A DNA stretch of 64,000 nt from a virus (lineage: Duplodnaviria > Caudoviricetes), in the IMG/VR virus record IMGVR_UViG_3300020207_000022, positions 1,834 to 65,833 of that record. One strand, given 5' to 3'. Every line of letters begins with the position of its first letter. The stretch's first letter is position 1. The notes under the pieces were generated by a model. The model was given only the letters and a program-made list of their open reading frames with translations. It did not search any database and was not told the DNA's origin. Positions 27,829 through 37,996 of this stretch are shown piece by piece. The position numbers and the translations under genes were made by a program.

Positions 27829-28506
27829 TTATCTTATTTTCAATTGTTCTTTTGTCATAATGTATTGTTTAACAAATTCAGATCTTACAATATCTTCCCA
27901 TGTAAACTCTACCACTTTAAACATAAACATCTTTTTCATGATGTCCATGAAGTCACGAATACCTTGACGATCTTTATCTCTTTCAAAGTCCGACTGGTAA
28001 TAATCTCCACACATAATAAATCTACAGTCTTCTCCAACTCGTGTTATAACTGTATCTAGTTCGTGGAAGTTTAGGTTTTGCATTTCGTCTACAATAACAA
28101 TTGCATTAGATAATGTCAGTCCCCTAATAAATGACGTGGAGACAAACTCGACACGTCCAGACGCAACCAGATCCAACCACGCTTCTCTACTACCAAGAAG
28201 TTCTTCGCATATGGAAACATAGGGTCTTGTGTATACGTCTTTTTTCTCTTCTTCGTCGCCAGGCAAGAAACCGATATCTCTTGTTGGGACAATTGATCGT
28301 ATAATAACAACTTTATCATACGGTGTATCTCTATTCAAAACTTCTTGAAGGGCAAGATGCATTGCAAGGAAAGTTTTACCTGTTCCTGCAGATCCTGATA
28401 GAACAAGATTAAAATTTTCTTTCCACCAATCGAATGTTTGTTTTTGATGAAGTGTTTTGGGTTCAATCTTTACAAGATTTCTTCGACTAAGATTTGATTT
28501 CTTCAC
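27829..28506 (-). CDS. phoH: PhoH-family ATPase
   Basis: GSAGTGKT, IGFLPG, RGLT, DEMQN, TRVG, GDxxQSD. Confidence 0.93.
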   Translation of the reverse strand: MKKSNLSRRNLVKIEPKTLHQKQTFDWWKENFNLVLSGSAGTGKTFLAMHLALQEVLNRDTPYDKVVIIRSIVPTRDIGFLPGDEEEKKDVYTRPYVSICEELLGSREAWLDLVASGRVEFVSTSFIRGLTLSNAIVIVDEMQNLNFHELDTVITRVGEDCRFIMCGDYYQSDFERDKDRQGIRDFMDIMKKMFMFKVVEFTWEDIVRSEFVKQYIMTKEQLKIR

Positions 28507-28736
28507 TTCATTTCCACAATATTATTCAGCACATTATTCAGACGAAAACGAGTACTCTGATCTGGAATGACATTATCATCACAGACTGCTTCGAGTGTTT
28601 CCAACAACATTGTATTCTGCCTTCTAATTAATTCGTTTTCAAAAACAAGTTCTTTGTTTTCTCTACAAATCTCATTATATTGATGTGTTAGTTCGTCAAG
28701 CGCTTCCTGTCTTACTTTCCTACCAGCCATTGTCAC
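28503..28736 (-). CDS. hypothetical coiled-coil protein
   Basis: translationally coupled ORF. Confidence 0.6.
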   Translation of the reverse strand: MTMAGRKVRQEALDELTHQYNEICRENKELVFENELIRRQNTMLLETLEAVCDDNVIPDQSTRFRLNNVLNNIVEMK

Positions 28737-28999
28737 TAAAACGGTTGATCACCGAATCCTCCCAAATGATCTTCTATATATTGGAGATAATCCTTATATC
28801 CACCAACGTGTTTACCGTTAACAAAAATAATTGGTAGGGGAATTATCTCTGGTTCGTGTCCTATGTGAGATATCATCTCATCATAGTATTTTTTCCAAGT
28901 TACATTTTTATATTCCCAATTGTGTTTATAACGTTTGGCAATATCAAGTGCCTTATCGCAGTTTACACAATCAGGTTTTCCGAATATTTCAACTTCCAT
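28736..28999 (-). CDS. glutaredoxin
   Basis: CVNC, P.IFVNG.HVGGY. Confidence 0.85.
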   Translation of the reverse strand: MEVEIFGKPDCVNCDKALDIAKRYKHNWEYKNVTWKKYYDEMISHIGHEPEIIPLPIIFVNGKHVGGYKDYLQYIEDHLGGFGDQPF

Positions 29000-29219
29000 C
29001 TTTTTTCCAACTATCCATATCAGTCTTTATATCCGTAATTTCTTCGTTTGCAATACCTGCAGCCATTGACTGCACTTGTTCTAAAAGATGTTTACATGTA
29101 TCATAGTCATATTCTTTATAACTAATTTCAGCGAATTCATTTCGTAATCGATGCGCTTGTATGCACAAGTCTTTCATCGCATTTATACGTTCAATCCACT
29201 GTTCGATACTATGGTCCAC
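28989..29219 (-). CDS. hypothetical protein
   Basis: 76-aa ORF. Confidence 0.6.
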   Translation of the reverse strand: MDHSIEQWIERINAMKDLCIQAHRLRNEFAEISYKEYDYDTCKHLLEQVQSMAAGIANEEITDIKTDMDSWKKDGS

Positions 29220-29550
29220 GTGGTTTCTCCTTCCAATCGTCTAACCATTCAAGTTTTTTTTCTTTAGTCCACTCTTTTAAATATTCGTTGTCACGGTCAA
29301 ACAGTTGTAGAACTCTTTCTTCATCAAGAATAAAAGTGTCTAGAATAGTTTCTCCCAACCACTTCTGAGAAAACTCTTTGATTTCCTCTGCAGTTACAGA
29401 ATCCTGTGCCCATTCGACTTGTTTAACAGGATCGTTAGTAATATCTACATCTGTGTTCATTTCCTGCAATTTACTTACAGGGATGCAGTAACGTTGACGA
29501 AAACTTGATGTTGTCGTAACTACCACATATCGTTCTTCAGTCGTTGCCAT
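29209..29550 (-). CDS. hypothetical protein
   Basis: start moved to MATTEER (GGAGA RBS) because the upstream ATG abuts the -10 box. Confidence 0.7.
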   Translation of the reverse strand: MATTEERYVVVTTTSSFRQRYCIPVSKLQEMNTDVDITNDPVKQVEWAQDSVTAEEIKEFSQKWLGETILDTFILDEERVLQLFDRDNEYLKEWTKEKKLEWLDDWKEKPRGP

Positions 29551-29586
29551 GTAATCTCCACAAGTTGTAAATTTTAAATCATTCAT

Positions 29587-29615
29587 ATTATATTTCTTTT
29601 TAGATTATTTGTCAA
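29587..29615 (-). promoter_or_regulatory. consensus sigma70 promoter
   Basis: TTGACA-17-TATAAT. Confidence 0.8.
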
Positions 29616-29925
29616 GCACAAATTCATATCCTATAACCAATCCAACTTTATCACCTTCAAATGCAGGACTGATATAAAAATCTTTATATGTTCCTCTTGT
29701 GTAAAGTGTTGGATGATCTCTATATCCAGTCACCATTGCAGTTTCAAGACCAAAGTCTCCGAACTCTCTTCTTATTCCACCATATACACTAAGTTTTTCC
29801 AAAGAGTTGTAATAGACTCCACCAATAATGTTTTCATATGACATTCTAAAGTGAGGATGGATATAATTATATTCTTTTTCAAAACCCAAATGTTGAGATA
29901 ATGCAAGTGCGAATATGAAATCCAT
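29605..29925 (-). CDS. small outer-membrane beta-barrel-like protein
   Basis: alternating aromatic/Gly strands, GVYYNS, VTGY, terminal GYEF. Confidence 0.5.
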   Translation of the reverse strand: MDFIFALALSQHLGFEKEYNYIHPHFRMSYENIIGGVYYNSLEKLSVYGGIRREFGDFGLETAMVTGYRDHPTLYTRGTYKDFYISPAFEGDKVGLVIGYEFVLDK

Positions 29926-29935
29926 TGACTTATTC

Positions 29936-30127
29936 CTATTTTAGATTTGGAAATATTTCCGAGTAAGCTTCTTCGAAACCATCCTCTCTGTAAACATTTT
30001 CGTGGTTACCCCATAGTCTTCTAAAGTATCCATCATAGGATTCAAAGATAGTATTTTCGTCTGCATTCAAATGTCCTTTAACCATCCAAAACAAACGATA
30101 CCTCTCTTTGCGTTCCTCTGGTGTCAT
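29936..30127 (-). CDS. hypothetical protein
   Basis: translationally coupled ORF. Confidence 0.6.
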   Translation of the reverse strand: MTPEERKERYRLFWMVKGHLNADENTIFESYDGYFRRLWGNHENVYREDGFEEAYSEIFPNLK

Positions 30128-30342
30128 TTTTTCTTCCCCATGAGTTTTGCTTTGAGCGCATCCATCTCTGCATTCTTTGTTTTTCTTTCTGCATCGATGA
30201 CTTCTATAGGGGGCGGCGTTGGTTCGTGTTTGACTCTTGGACTATCATTCAACATTGAAGACTTTTTATAGTAACCAGTTTCTTTACGCAACTTTTCTAT
30301 GCGCCATTTAAGTTCGCTGATTCTATATTCCCATTCGTCCAT
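30124..30342 (-). CDS. hypothetical protein
   Basis: translationally coupled ORF. Confidence 0.6.
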   Translation of the reverse strand: MDEWEYRISELKWRIEKLRKETGYYKKSSMLNDSPRVKHEPTPPPIEVIDAERKTKNAEMDALKAKLMGKKK

Positions 30343-30762
30343 TTACTTTAACCAACCAAGTTTTTCTCCTGCATCAATTCGTCTCTGAGATTCTTCTTTT
30401 GAGCCAGGATATCTCCATGCCCAAGTAACAATCAGTGCGAACAAGATAAACAGGTAAAGTGTTGCTTTTGGATTACCCGTACCGAAGTACATCGCTGCAA
30501 GTGATGTTGACATCACTGCCATCATAATATACTTAGCTTTTTGTGGATAGACTTTATAGGTCTGCCATTCAGTAATGAATGGACCAAATGTTTTGTGGTT
30601 CATAATCCAGTTGTGGAACTTCTCACTAGATTTTGCGAAACAAAAAGCTGCACCAAGAATAGGTGTTGACCAAGGAATGCCTGGCAAGATCACACCAAGG
30701 TATGCAATACCTAGACACAGGATCCCGCAAACAAACCAAAACGCTTTTTTAATTTTACTCAT
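30343..30762 (-). CDS. ybaN: YbaN/DUF454 inner-membrane protein
   Basis: G...LG....GVILPG.P..TP....AAFCFAKSS.KFH.W..NH..FGP.I..W. Confidence 0.85.
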   Translation of the reverse strand: MSKIKKAFWFVCGILCLGIAYLGVILPGIPWSTPILGAAFCFAKSSEKFHNWIMNHKTFGPFITEWQTYKVYPQKAKYIMMAVMSTSLAAMYFGTGNPKATLYLFILFALIVTWAWRYPGSKEESQRRIDAGEKLGWLK

Positions 30763-30815
30763 TTTATTTTCTCTCTTCCATATTGTTTTACCAAAATACC
30801 AAGATTCTAATTGGT

Positions 30816-32015
30816 TCATTTTAAAACTTTCTTCAATGCTGACACCAACTCTACCATCATCACATCATCATGATATGGCGTTGGTGCAATTCGTAATCTT
30901 TCTGTCCCGACATCTACTGTCGGTGAGTTAATCGGTTGAATGTAAATCCCAAACTCGTTTAGTAGTCTATCAGATGCTTCTTTACATTTAAAAGCATCGT
31001 TAACCATCACTGGTACGATATGCGTACACGCATTTTCATGAACAGGAATTCCTGCATCTGCAAGCATTTGTTTTAACGTACTTGCTCTCTCTTGATGTCG
31101 TCTATGGGCGGAAGGATTGTCACTGATATATTTGATTGAGGCGATAGCTCCGGCGCAGAGGACGGGCGAGATACTTGTTGTAAAGATGAACCCAGAAGCC
31201 ACGGACCGAATAGCGTCAATAACAATACTGTCCCCAGCAATATAACCCCCTTGAACCCCAAACGCTTTTCCCAGTGTTCCATTTATAATTGTTATCCTAT
31301 CTTGTAAACCTAAATGTTCACAATATCCTGCACCTGTGGGACCATATAATCCTACCGCATGGACTTCATCGATATAAGTTATTGCTCCATATTTATCTGC
31401 GAGATCACATATCTCTTCAATTTTCCCTACGTCACCATCCATAGAATAGACAGACTCGAATACAACACATGGTACTTGATTATTCTTAGTCGCAGTCTTT
31501 AATGCATTCTCCAAGTCCTTCATATCGTTGTGTTTGAAAATGATCTTGTGTGCACGACTATGTTTCATGCCCATAATCAAAGAAGCATGGTTCTTGTTAT
31601 CTGAAACAAAACAGATATTAGGAATGATACGAGAGAGTGCAATAAGTGACCATTCGTTGGCGACATATGCAGAAGAGAATAATAGTGCCCGTTCTTTCTT
31701 GTGTAACTGTGCGAGAACACCTTCAAGTGTTACGTGATAATGTGATGTACCACCAATGTTTCTTGTCCCGCCAGATCCCGCACCAGTTTGATCTAGTGCA
31801 GTATGCATTGCATCAATGACATATTGGTTTTGACCCATCCCAAGATAATCATTTGAACACCAGTTTACAATATTCTTTGGTGCATATTTTCCATACCAAA
31901 TGGAGCGAGGAAACTTCCCTCGCTCTCTTAGTATATCGTTGAAGACTCTATACTTGCCTTCTTTTTTAAATGAGGAAATTACTTCTTCAAAATTATCTTT
32001 AGAAATCATGCCCAT
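30816..32015 (-). CDS. hemA: 5-aminolevulinate synthase
   Basis: [19 protein letters not shown], HASx[28 protein letters not shown] (PLP Lys), FIFTTS. Confidence 0.93.
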   Translation of the reverse strand: MGMISKDNFEEVISSFKKEGKYRVFNDILRERGKFPRSIWYGKYAPKNIVNWCSNDYLGMGQNQYVIDAMHTALDQTGAGSGGTRNIGGTSHYHVTLEGVLAQLHKKERALLFSSAYVANEWSLIALSRIIPNICFVSDNKNHASLIMGMKHSRAHKIIFKHNDMKDLENALKTATKNNQVPCVVFESVYSMDGDVGKIEEICDLADKYGAITYIDEVHAVGLYGPTGAGYCEHLGLQDRITIINGTLGKAFGVQGGYIAGDSIVIDAIRSVASGFIFTTSISPVLCAGAIASIKYISDNPSAHRRHQERASTLKQMLADAGIPVHENACTHIVPVMVNDAFKCKEASDRLLNEFGIYIQPINSPTVDVGTERLRIAPTPYHDDVMMVELVSALKKVLK

Positions 32016-32035
32016 ACTCTATTAGTTTATAGAGT

Positions 32036-32042
32036 TATTTAT
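32036..32042 (-). promoter_or_regulatory. possible late promoter (C)ATAAATA upstream of hemA
   Basis: overlaps the grx stop codon, about 20 nt upstream of the hemA start. Confidence 0.4.
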
Positions 32043-32272
32043 GCTGCCTGTTCCTGTTTTGTGTACTGAACAAATTGTTCATAACCACCAATGGATTTCC
32101 CATTTACACGGATCTGAGGGAATGTACGTGCATTGGGAAATTCTTCAAGAAGTTCTTCACGTGAAAAGTCACGTCCTAGTTTTTTGTAAACATAGTTTAG
32201 ACCTAGCATATCTGCTAGACCAGTTGCTTTTGCGCAGAATGAACATGCGTCTTTGCCGTAAATTTCGATCAT
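32039..32272 (-). CDS. glutaredoxin (NrdC-like)
   Basis: CSFC, TFPQI, IGGY; coupled to nrdB. Confidence 0.9.
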   Translation of the reverse strand: MIEIYGKDACSFCAKATGLADMLGLNYVYKKLGRDFSREELLEEFPNARTFPQIRVNGKSIGGYEQFVQYTKQEQAA

Positions 32273-33396
32273 AAGCTGAACCCCTTGAATGTGTCTGTTG
32301 ATACGTCTTGTTTTGTTCCACCAGAAACGTATGATGTGATCTCTGTTTCTTGTGGGGCGACTTGGACTTCTGCACCTGAGATCCACTTCTGTGTCCAAGG
32401 AAGAGGATTGTTTTTAACATTATAAGGTGATTCAAGGTCAACGTGTTTCATACGTCGAGTGCAGATATACTCAATATACTCACTTAGTAGTTCCGCATTT
32501 AGACCAATCATAGAACCGTCTTGGAACAGATAATCTGCCCATGCCTTTTCTTGATCCACTGCGTCGACGAACATTTGAATACATTCGTCTTTTGTTTCGT
32601 CTGCGATCTTGATAAAATCTGGATCGTCTTTCTTTAAGGTACGCAACATCAGCTGAGTAGAACCTAAGTGTAGATTTTCATCTCTAGCAATAAGTTTGAT
32701 AATCTTTGCGTTTCCTTCCATCTTTTTAAGTTCTGCGAACGCCCACGAGCAAGCAAAGGATACGTAGAAGCGAACACCTTCGAGAATATTTACACTCATC
32801 AATGTCAACCAAAGAAGTTTCTTCAGTTCATACAGATCAACAACAACAATTTTACCATTGATCCCATGACGACCTTCACCTAATAGATTGTACCACGAAG
32901 ACATTTCAATTAGTTCATCATAATATTTTGAAATAGAATCTGCGCAGTCCACAATAGGTGCAATATCCATAAGTTCATCAAATACTTTAGAAGGATTTGA
33001 ATATACATTACGAATGATATGCGTATACGAACGACTATGGATCGTCTCAGAGAAAGTCCATGTCTGTATCCAGTTCTCTATTTCTGGAAGACTAACAATA
33101 GGGTTGAACGCTTCTACAGGTGCACGGCCCTGCACACTATCCAACAAAATTTGTCGTTTTAAATTTGAAGTGAAAATATGTTTTTCATGGTCTGTCAATG
33201 CTTTGAAGTCTTTTGCATCCTGATAGATGTCAACTTCTTCAGGACGCCAAAAGAAACCCAACTGACTATCAGTGAGTTTATCAAATGACTTATACTTCAA
33301 CTGGTCATAACGTTGAATGGTTGGACCCCCAGAGGGATCCAAAAACATCTTTACTTTTGTATGATCAGTACGATTGTTAACGTCAAAAACGCTCAT
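32269..33396 (-). CDS. nrdB: ribonucleotide reductase class Ia beta subunit
   Basis: FFWRPEEVD, LLDSVQG, ETIHSRSY, EGVRFY, DENLH, APQETEITSY. Confidence 0.97.
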   Translation of the reverse strand: MSVFDVNNRTDHTKVKMFLDPSGGPTIQRYDQLKYKSFDKLTDSQLGFFWRPEEVDIYQDAKDFKALTDHEKHIFTSNLKRQILLDSVQGRAPVEAFNPIVSLPEIENWIQTWTFSETIHSRSYTHIIRNVYSNPSKVFDELMDIAPIVDCADSISKYYDELIEMSSWYNLLGEGRHGINGKIVVVDLYELKKLLWLTLMSVNILEGVRFYVSFACSWAFAELKKMEGNAKIIKLIARDENLHLGSTQLMLRTLKKDDPDFIKIADETKDECIQMFVDAVDQEKAWADYLFQDGSMIGLNAELLSEYIEYICTRRMKHVDLESPYNVKNNPLPWTQKWISGAEVQVAPQETEITSYVSGGTKQDVSTDTFKGFSL

Positions 33397-33406
33397 TTAT
33401 TTTCCT

Positions 33407-35704
33407 CTATATTGTGCAGCTTTCACATGCTGCATCATCTGTTTCTGATTGTTCCAAAGGTTCTTCCATCAACTTGTTAATGTCGACTTCACCTTGACCG
33501 TCATAAGTGTTGAAGTAATATAGTTGTTTTCCACCATACTTGTAGAACATCAATACGTGTTGAAGCATTTCACTCATAGGAATCTTTTCGTCCTCATAGA
33601 ACTTAGGATTATAACTTGTGTTAATGCTGATGCCTTGATCGATGTATTTTTGCAGAACTGCCATGATTTTTAGGTATCCAACAGGTGACTGTTGATCCCA
33701 TAGGAGATCATATTTATTCTTCAAACGTTTGTACTCAGGAACAACTTGTTTTAAAACTCCATGTTTAGATTGTTTTACTGAAATAAGTGAACGAGGTGGT
33801 TCAATGCCATTCGTTGCATTTGCAACCTGTGCACTTGTTTCTGAAGGCATCAATGCCATGAGTGTGGAATTACGGATACCTGTTTTCAGAAGTTGTTTTC
33901 TTAATCCTTTCCAATCCATACGTTCTTTGTGTTTGACAAGTTCATCAACGTCTTTTTTGTATGTTTGGTTCGGTGTAATTCCATGTCCATACTTTGTTTC
34001 ACATACTCCTTCGATATTGCCCATCTCCACTGCAAGATCTGCAGATGCTTTGATCAAGTAGTAGGACCAAGCTTCTGCGTACTCATCAATTAGTTCGAGA
34101 CCTTCAGATGTAATGTCTTGGTAAGACAGATCATTTTTTGCCATCCAATATGCGAAGTTGATAATCCCCACACCAAGAGGTCTGCGTTTCTCAGTTGATA
34201 AACGTGCAGCCAGAATAGGATAATTCTGATACGACAAGAGTGCGTCTAGACCACGCACGGCGAGTGTACAGGCACGTTCAAAGTCTTCTGGTGATCTTAC
34301 ATTACCCCAGTTGATTGCAGACAGTGTACAGAGAGAGATTTCTCCTTCTGGATCATTTATATCATTTAATGGTTTGGTTGGCAAGTCGATTTCTGCACAA
34401 AGATTGGACTGTCGTATCGGTGCCACAGATGGATCAAAAGATCCATGATCATTTGCGTTGTCTACATTCTGTAAATAGATACGACCTGTGTTCTTACGTT
34501 CTTCGATGAACATAGAGAACAATTCAATTGCTTTGATAGTCTTCTTACGCAATCGTGTATTGCGTTCTGCAGTCTCGTAGAGACGTTTGAACTCATCTTG
34601 ATCTGCAAAGAATGCGTCATACAATCCAGGCACGTCTGATGGTGAGAATAGAGTAATGTCACCACCACTTATTAGACGTTCGTACATCAGTTTATTGAAC
34701 TGTACTCCATAGTCCATGTGACGTACACGGTTCTCTTCTGTACCCTTGTTGTTCTTCAACACCAACATATCTTCGACTTCAAGGTGCCAGATAGGATAGT
34801 AGATAGTTGCTGCACCACCACGAACACCACCTTGTGAACATGACTTTGTTGCAGACTGAAAGTGTTTGTAGAACGGAATGATACCTGTATGGAATGCATC
34901 ACCTCTACGGATTGGTGATCCAATTGCACGAATAGAACCACCCCCAATACCAATACCTGCCTTCTGACTTACGTACTTAACAATAGAACTAGAAGTGGCG
35001 TTGATAGAGTCAAGACTGTCACCAGTTTCAATAAGGACACATGAACTAAATTGACGTTGTGGAGTTCTAACACCAGCCATAACAGGAGTAGGCAGAGAAA
35101 TGTCGTGTTGACTAATTGCATTGTAGTAATCCTTTACCCATTGCATCCTAGTTTCTTTTGGATAATTCTGGAACAATGTCGCAGCAATCAACACATAACA
35201 CATTTGTGGTGTTTCAAAAATCTCACCAGTCACACGGTTTTGTACGAGGTACTTACCACGCAATTGTTCCATTGCAACATAAGTTAAATTCTCATCACGT
35301 TCATGTTTAACAAAACCATTGATGGTATCCCACTCTTCATCATCGTACTGTTCAAGTAACTCTTCATCATAAAAACCCCTTTCAGTATTGCGAACAACCA
35401 GTTCCTTAACAGAACACGGTTCATATCCACCGTACACTTCTTTGCGTAGTTGATAATTAATCAAACGACCACCTACGAATTGGTAATTAGGTGTTTCTTC
35501 GGTGATAAGATCTGCAGCCGCCTTAATAAGAGTTTCTTGAATTTCAGTTGTTGTTATACCATTGTAGAATTGGATCTGACTTTTGATTTCGACTTCACTT
35601 GGACTTACCCCAGTGATATCATCACAAGCGTGAAACACAACTTTGTGAAGTTTTTCGATATCAAGTTCTTCTTTAGATCCATCCCGCTTTGTTACTTGCG
35701 TCAT
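33407..35704 (-). CDS. nrdA: ribonucleotide reductase class Ia alpha subunit
   Basis: ATP cone VTKRDG, QFSSC, SNLCAEI, LYY, C-terminal CESC. Confidence 0.97.
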   Translation of the reverse strand: MTQVTKRDGSKEELDIEKLHKVVFHACDDITGVSPSEVEIKSQIQFYNGITTTEIQETLIKAAADLITEETPNYQFVGGRLINYQLRKEVYGGYEPCSVKELVVRNTERGFYDEELLEQYDDEEWDTINGFVKHERDENLTYVAMEQLRGKYLVQNRVTGEIFETPQMCYVLIAATLFQNYPKETRMQWVKDYYNAISQHDISLPTPVMAGVRTPQRQFSSCVLIETGDSLDSINATSSSIVKYVSQKAGIGIGGGSIRAIGSPIRRGDAFHTGIIPFYKHFQSATKSCSQGGVRGGAATIYYPIWHLEVEDMLVLKNNKGTEENRVRHMDYGVQFNKLMYERLISGGDITLFSPSDVPGLYDAFFADQDEFKRLYETAERNTRLRKKTIKAIELFSMFIEERKNTGRIYLQNVDNANDHGSFDPSVAPIRQSNLCAEIDLPTKPLNDINDPEGEISLCTLSAINWGNVRSPEDFERACTLAVRGLDALLSYQNYPILAARLSTEKRRPLGVGIINFAYWMAKNDLSYQDITSEGLELIDEYAEAWSYYLIKASADLAVEMGNIEGVCETKYGHGITPNQTYKKDVDELVKHKERMDWKGLRKQLLKTGIRNSTLMALMPSETSAQVANATNGIEPPRSLISVKQSKHGVLKQVVPEYKRLKNKYDLLWDQQSPVGYLKIMAVLQKYIDQGISINTSYNPKFYEDEKIPMSEMLQHVLMFYKYGGKQLYYFNTYDGQGEVDINKLMEEPLEQSETDDAACESCTI

Positions 35705-35715
35705 ATGAGATGTTC

Positions 35716-36414
35716 CTATTTTTTGTTAATATATTTTTCTGCGAGGGGAAATATTTGGGCAATAGCCTTACCAATATCTCGTGCGAGTTCTATGTGCTCC
35801 TTTTGTGTACCATTTGCGCTTCTGAGTTCAACATAATGAATCCACGAACGAATTGTACCATTCACATATAGACGTGACACTGTCAAACCTTCTGGTAGAA
35901 GCGCACGTGCTTGTTCTTTGGCGATACCATTTTCTACCGCCCATTCATAGTTTCTTTTTACGATGTCAATAACGCCAGACTGTCTACGACCCCACTCAGC
36001 AATTAAATCTTGGTATTTTTGATTTTCTACAAGAGAAGGATCACCCTCAATCTCAATAGAGTTTTGACGGTTCTTTGGATCTTGTAAACGACATTCACGT
36101 TTTACAAATTCTAACTCTTTCACTGGATCTGCATACCGTTGCGAAAACTCTTGAAAAGAAAACGAACGGTGACGCAACAACTGTCGTGCAATGTCACGAG
36201 TTGTCTCTACTTCAATACATGCAGACACCATCTCAAATGGTGACCAGTGTTTATGTTTGGCGAGATAATTCAGAAGTTTTTCTGAAGTTGAGGAATTAAG
36301 TTGGTTTGTCGGGTTAGACACACGTGCACAATAAGCGATAAGATCTTGTACATCTTCAAGTCCAATGAAAGTATCTTCAGGTGGTTGACTGTAAGAAATC
36401 AGTCTAGTCTTCAT
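35716..36414 (-). CDS. thyX: flavin-dependent thymidylate synthase
   Basis: HWSPFE, RQLLRHRSFSFQEFSQRY, EQARALLP, TQKEH. Confidence 0.95.
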   Translation of the reverse strand: MKTRLISYSQPPEDTFIGLEDVQDLIAYCARVSNPTNQLNSSTSEKLLNYLAKHKHWSPFEMVSACIEVETTRDIARQLLRHRSFSFQEFSQRYADPVKELEFVKRECRLQDPKNRQNSIEIEGDPSLVENQKYQDLIAEWGRRQSGVIDIVKRNYEWAVENGIAKEQARALLPEGLTVSRLYVNGTIRSWIHYVELRSANGTQKEHIELARDIGKAIAQIFPLAEKYINKK

Positions 36415-37418
36415 GTTTTTCTCCATCTTTGTAATCTAAGGTTTGCTTCCAAACCCTTATACGTATTATTATTAATCACATTTTCAACATCTGTACTACC
36501 ATTTAAGATCATCTCATTGATGTCTTTACCCTTTACATTGTCGGGCCAAATACAAATCTTGTATCCCTGTCTAATCACCTTCTCCATCCGTTGATGGATT
36601 TCTTTATTGCGAGGTTCTGCATCAAAGACAAACACCGCATTATCTAAGTTTTCAAATGCGGATACATTACCATCCGCACCCGCCATTGCGACTGCGTTAG
36701 ATAAGAATAAACTGTCTATGGCTCCCTCAACAACAAAATATCGCTTGTCGAAATCTACCGTATCAAGACCAAAGACCTTTGGACGATCATCAAACATGAT
36801 GGTAAGATATCGAACACCACTAGGATTGAACCCACGAGCAGAAACACCAAAACATTTTTTATCTTTGTCAAGGAAAGGTATTACTAGGCGTGGTTCGTCC
36901 TTATCTAAGTTGTCGAATTTATCAGGGATGATTCCGTTAATCCAACTCTTGAATGATTTTACGTAATAGAGTCGATAGTGGTGACGTGCCGGAATCTGTC
37001 TCTTACTTATATATCTTTTGATTGCATGGTTGTGGGTAAGTTGAGATACTTTTTTTATCTTCTTTAAAGGATTATCTTTTAGCACAGATAGACGTTTTCC
37101 AGTCTCATCTTTGAACTGAAATTCTTCTTTTTTGTCTTTTTTGATAAACTTTTCTGCAATATAATCATTATAAAGGAGAGGATCTATAGTCTTTAGGAAG
37201 TTCTGAAAACCATGACTTGCACCACAGTTGTGGCAATAATACAAGAATTTATTTTCTTTTTCTAACAGCCACCCACGAGCTTTTGATCGTGACTTCTGTG
37301 AGTCGCCGCAGATAGGACATCTAAAATTAATTTTGTAGGGAGCAGTATTCCTGATACGGAAATTCTCTAATCTGCCAGATAACATCTGGGCATAGTGCAA
37401 ATCTGTGAAAGATACCAT
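36411..37418 (-). CDS. T4-like DNA primase gp61
   Basis: CPICGDS...CHNC zinc finger, VEGAIDS TOPRIM, KDINE. Confidence 0.93.
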   Translation of the reverse strand: MVSFTDLHYAQMLSGRLENFRIRNTAPYKINFRCPICGDSQKSRSKARGWLLEKENKFLYYCHNCGASHGFQNFLKTIDPLLYNDYIAEKFIKKDKKEEFQFKDETGKRLSVLKDNPLKKIKKVSQLTHNHAIKRYISKRQIPARHHYRLYYVKSFKSWINGIIPDKFDNLDKDEPRLVIPFLDKDKKCFGVSARGFNPSGVRYLTIMFDDRPKVFGLDTVDFDKRYFVVEGAIDSLFLSNAVAMAGADGNVSAFENLDNAVFVFDAEPRNKEIHQRMEKVIRQGYKICIWPDNVKGKDINEMILNGSTDVENVINNNTYKGLEANLRLQRWRKT

Positions 37419-37450
37419 TACAAATCCTCAAGGGTCATACGATTGCTACA

Positions 37451-37479
37451 ATCATACACCAATAAAATGGATTTGTCAA
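37451..37479 (-). promoter_or_regulatory. sigma70-type promoter for the primase-thyX-nrd operon
   Basis: TTGACA-17-TATGAT. Confidence 0.75.
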
Positions 37480-37964
37480 CCGAAAAGTTGAGGCCAGTTT
37501 AATTTTGCTACGAGAAAAATTAGAACTGCACCGACACCCATCATGTAGTATCGCCAGTTCTCTAATGCGTTGATACGTTTAGTCTGTTGCGTGATACGTT
37601 CGTGGAGTGTACGTTCCATTTGATCTAAACGATCAAGGATTTCTTTGTTACTAGAATTACGTTTTTCGTTACTAGCTTCTGATAGTCTTTGATGGTCTTC
37701 TCGTGCCATGCGTCGATATTCCTCTAATCGATCACTTAGTACATTTAAACGAACTTGTTCTTCTTTTTTATATGAACTGCAGACTTGTTCCACATCTTCT
37801 AATTTTTCACCTTGGAATTTCAATGTGACTGATTGTGCAGCTACAGTTTTCTGTAACTCTGACATCATGTCGAGAGAGTTGTCTACCTTTGCAAAGTATT
37901 TATTAATGACTTTTATATCAGACTTGATTAAAGCAATATCTGTTTCTAACGAACTCTGAGCCAT
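37476..37964 (-). CDS. coiled-coil protein with C-terminal TM (lysis-associated, holin/XhlA-like)
   Basis: RI..LENWRYYMMG plus TM; adjacent to the spanins; ATAAATA at 37998-38004. Confidence 0.55.
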   Translation of the reverse strand: MAQSSLETDIALIKSDIKVINKYFAKVDNSLDMMSELQKTVAAQSVTLKFQGEKLEDVEQVCSSYKKEEQVRLNVLSDRLEEYRRMAREDHQRLSEASNEKRNSSNKEILDRLDQMERTLHERITQQTKRINALENWRYYMMGVGAVLIFLVAKLNWPQLFG

Positions 37965-37996
37965 TGAACTGTTTCCTAAAGTGTAAATTTTTAACC

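Noticed and set aside
29551-29586. ORF-track start MNDLKF as a leaderless gene
   Set aside because: This ATG abuts the -10 hexamer and would lie upstream of +1; the ATG at 29550 has a GGAGA RBS
32269-37418. Introns or inteins in nrdA, nrdB, thyX or primase
   Set aside because: All are uninterrupted and of normal length
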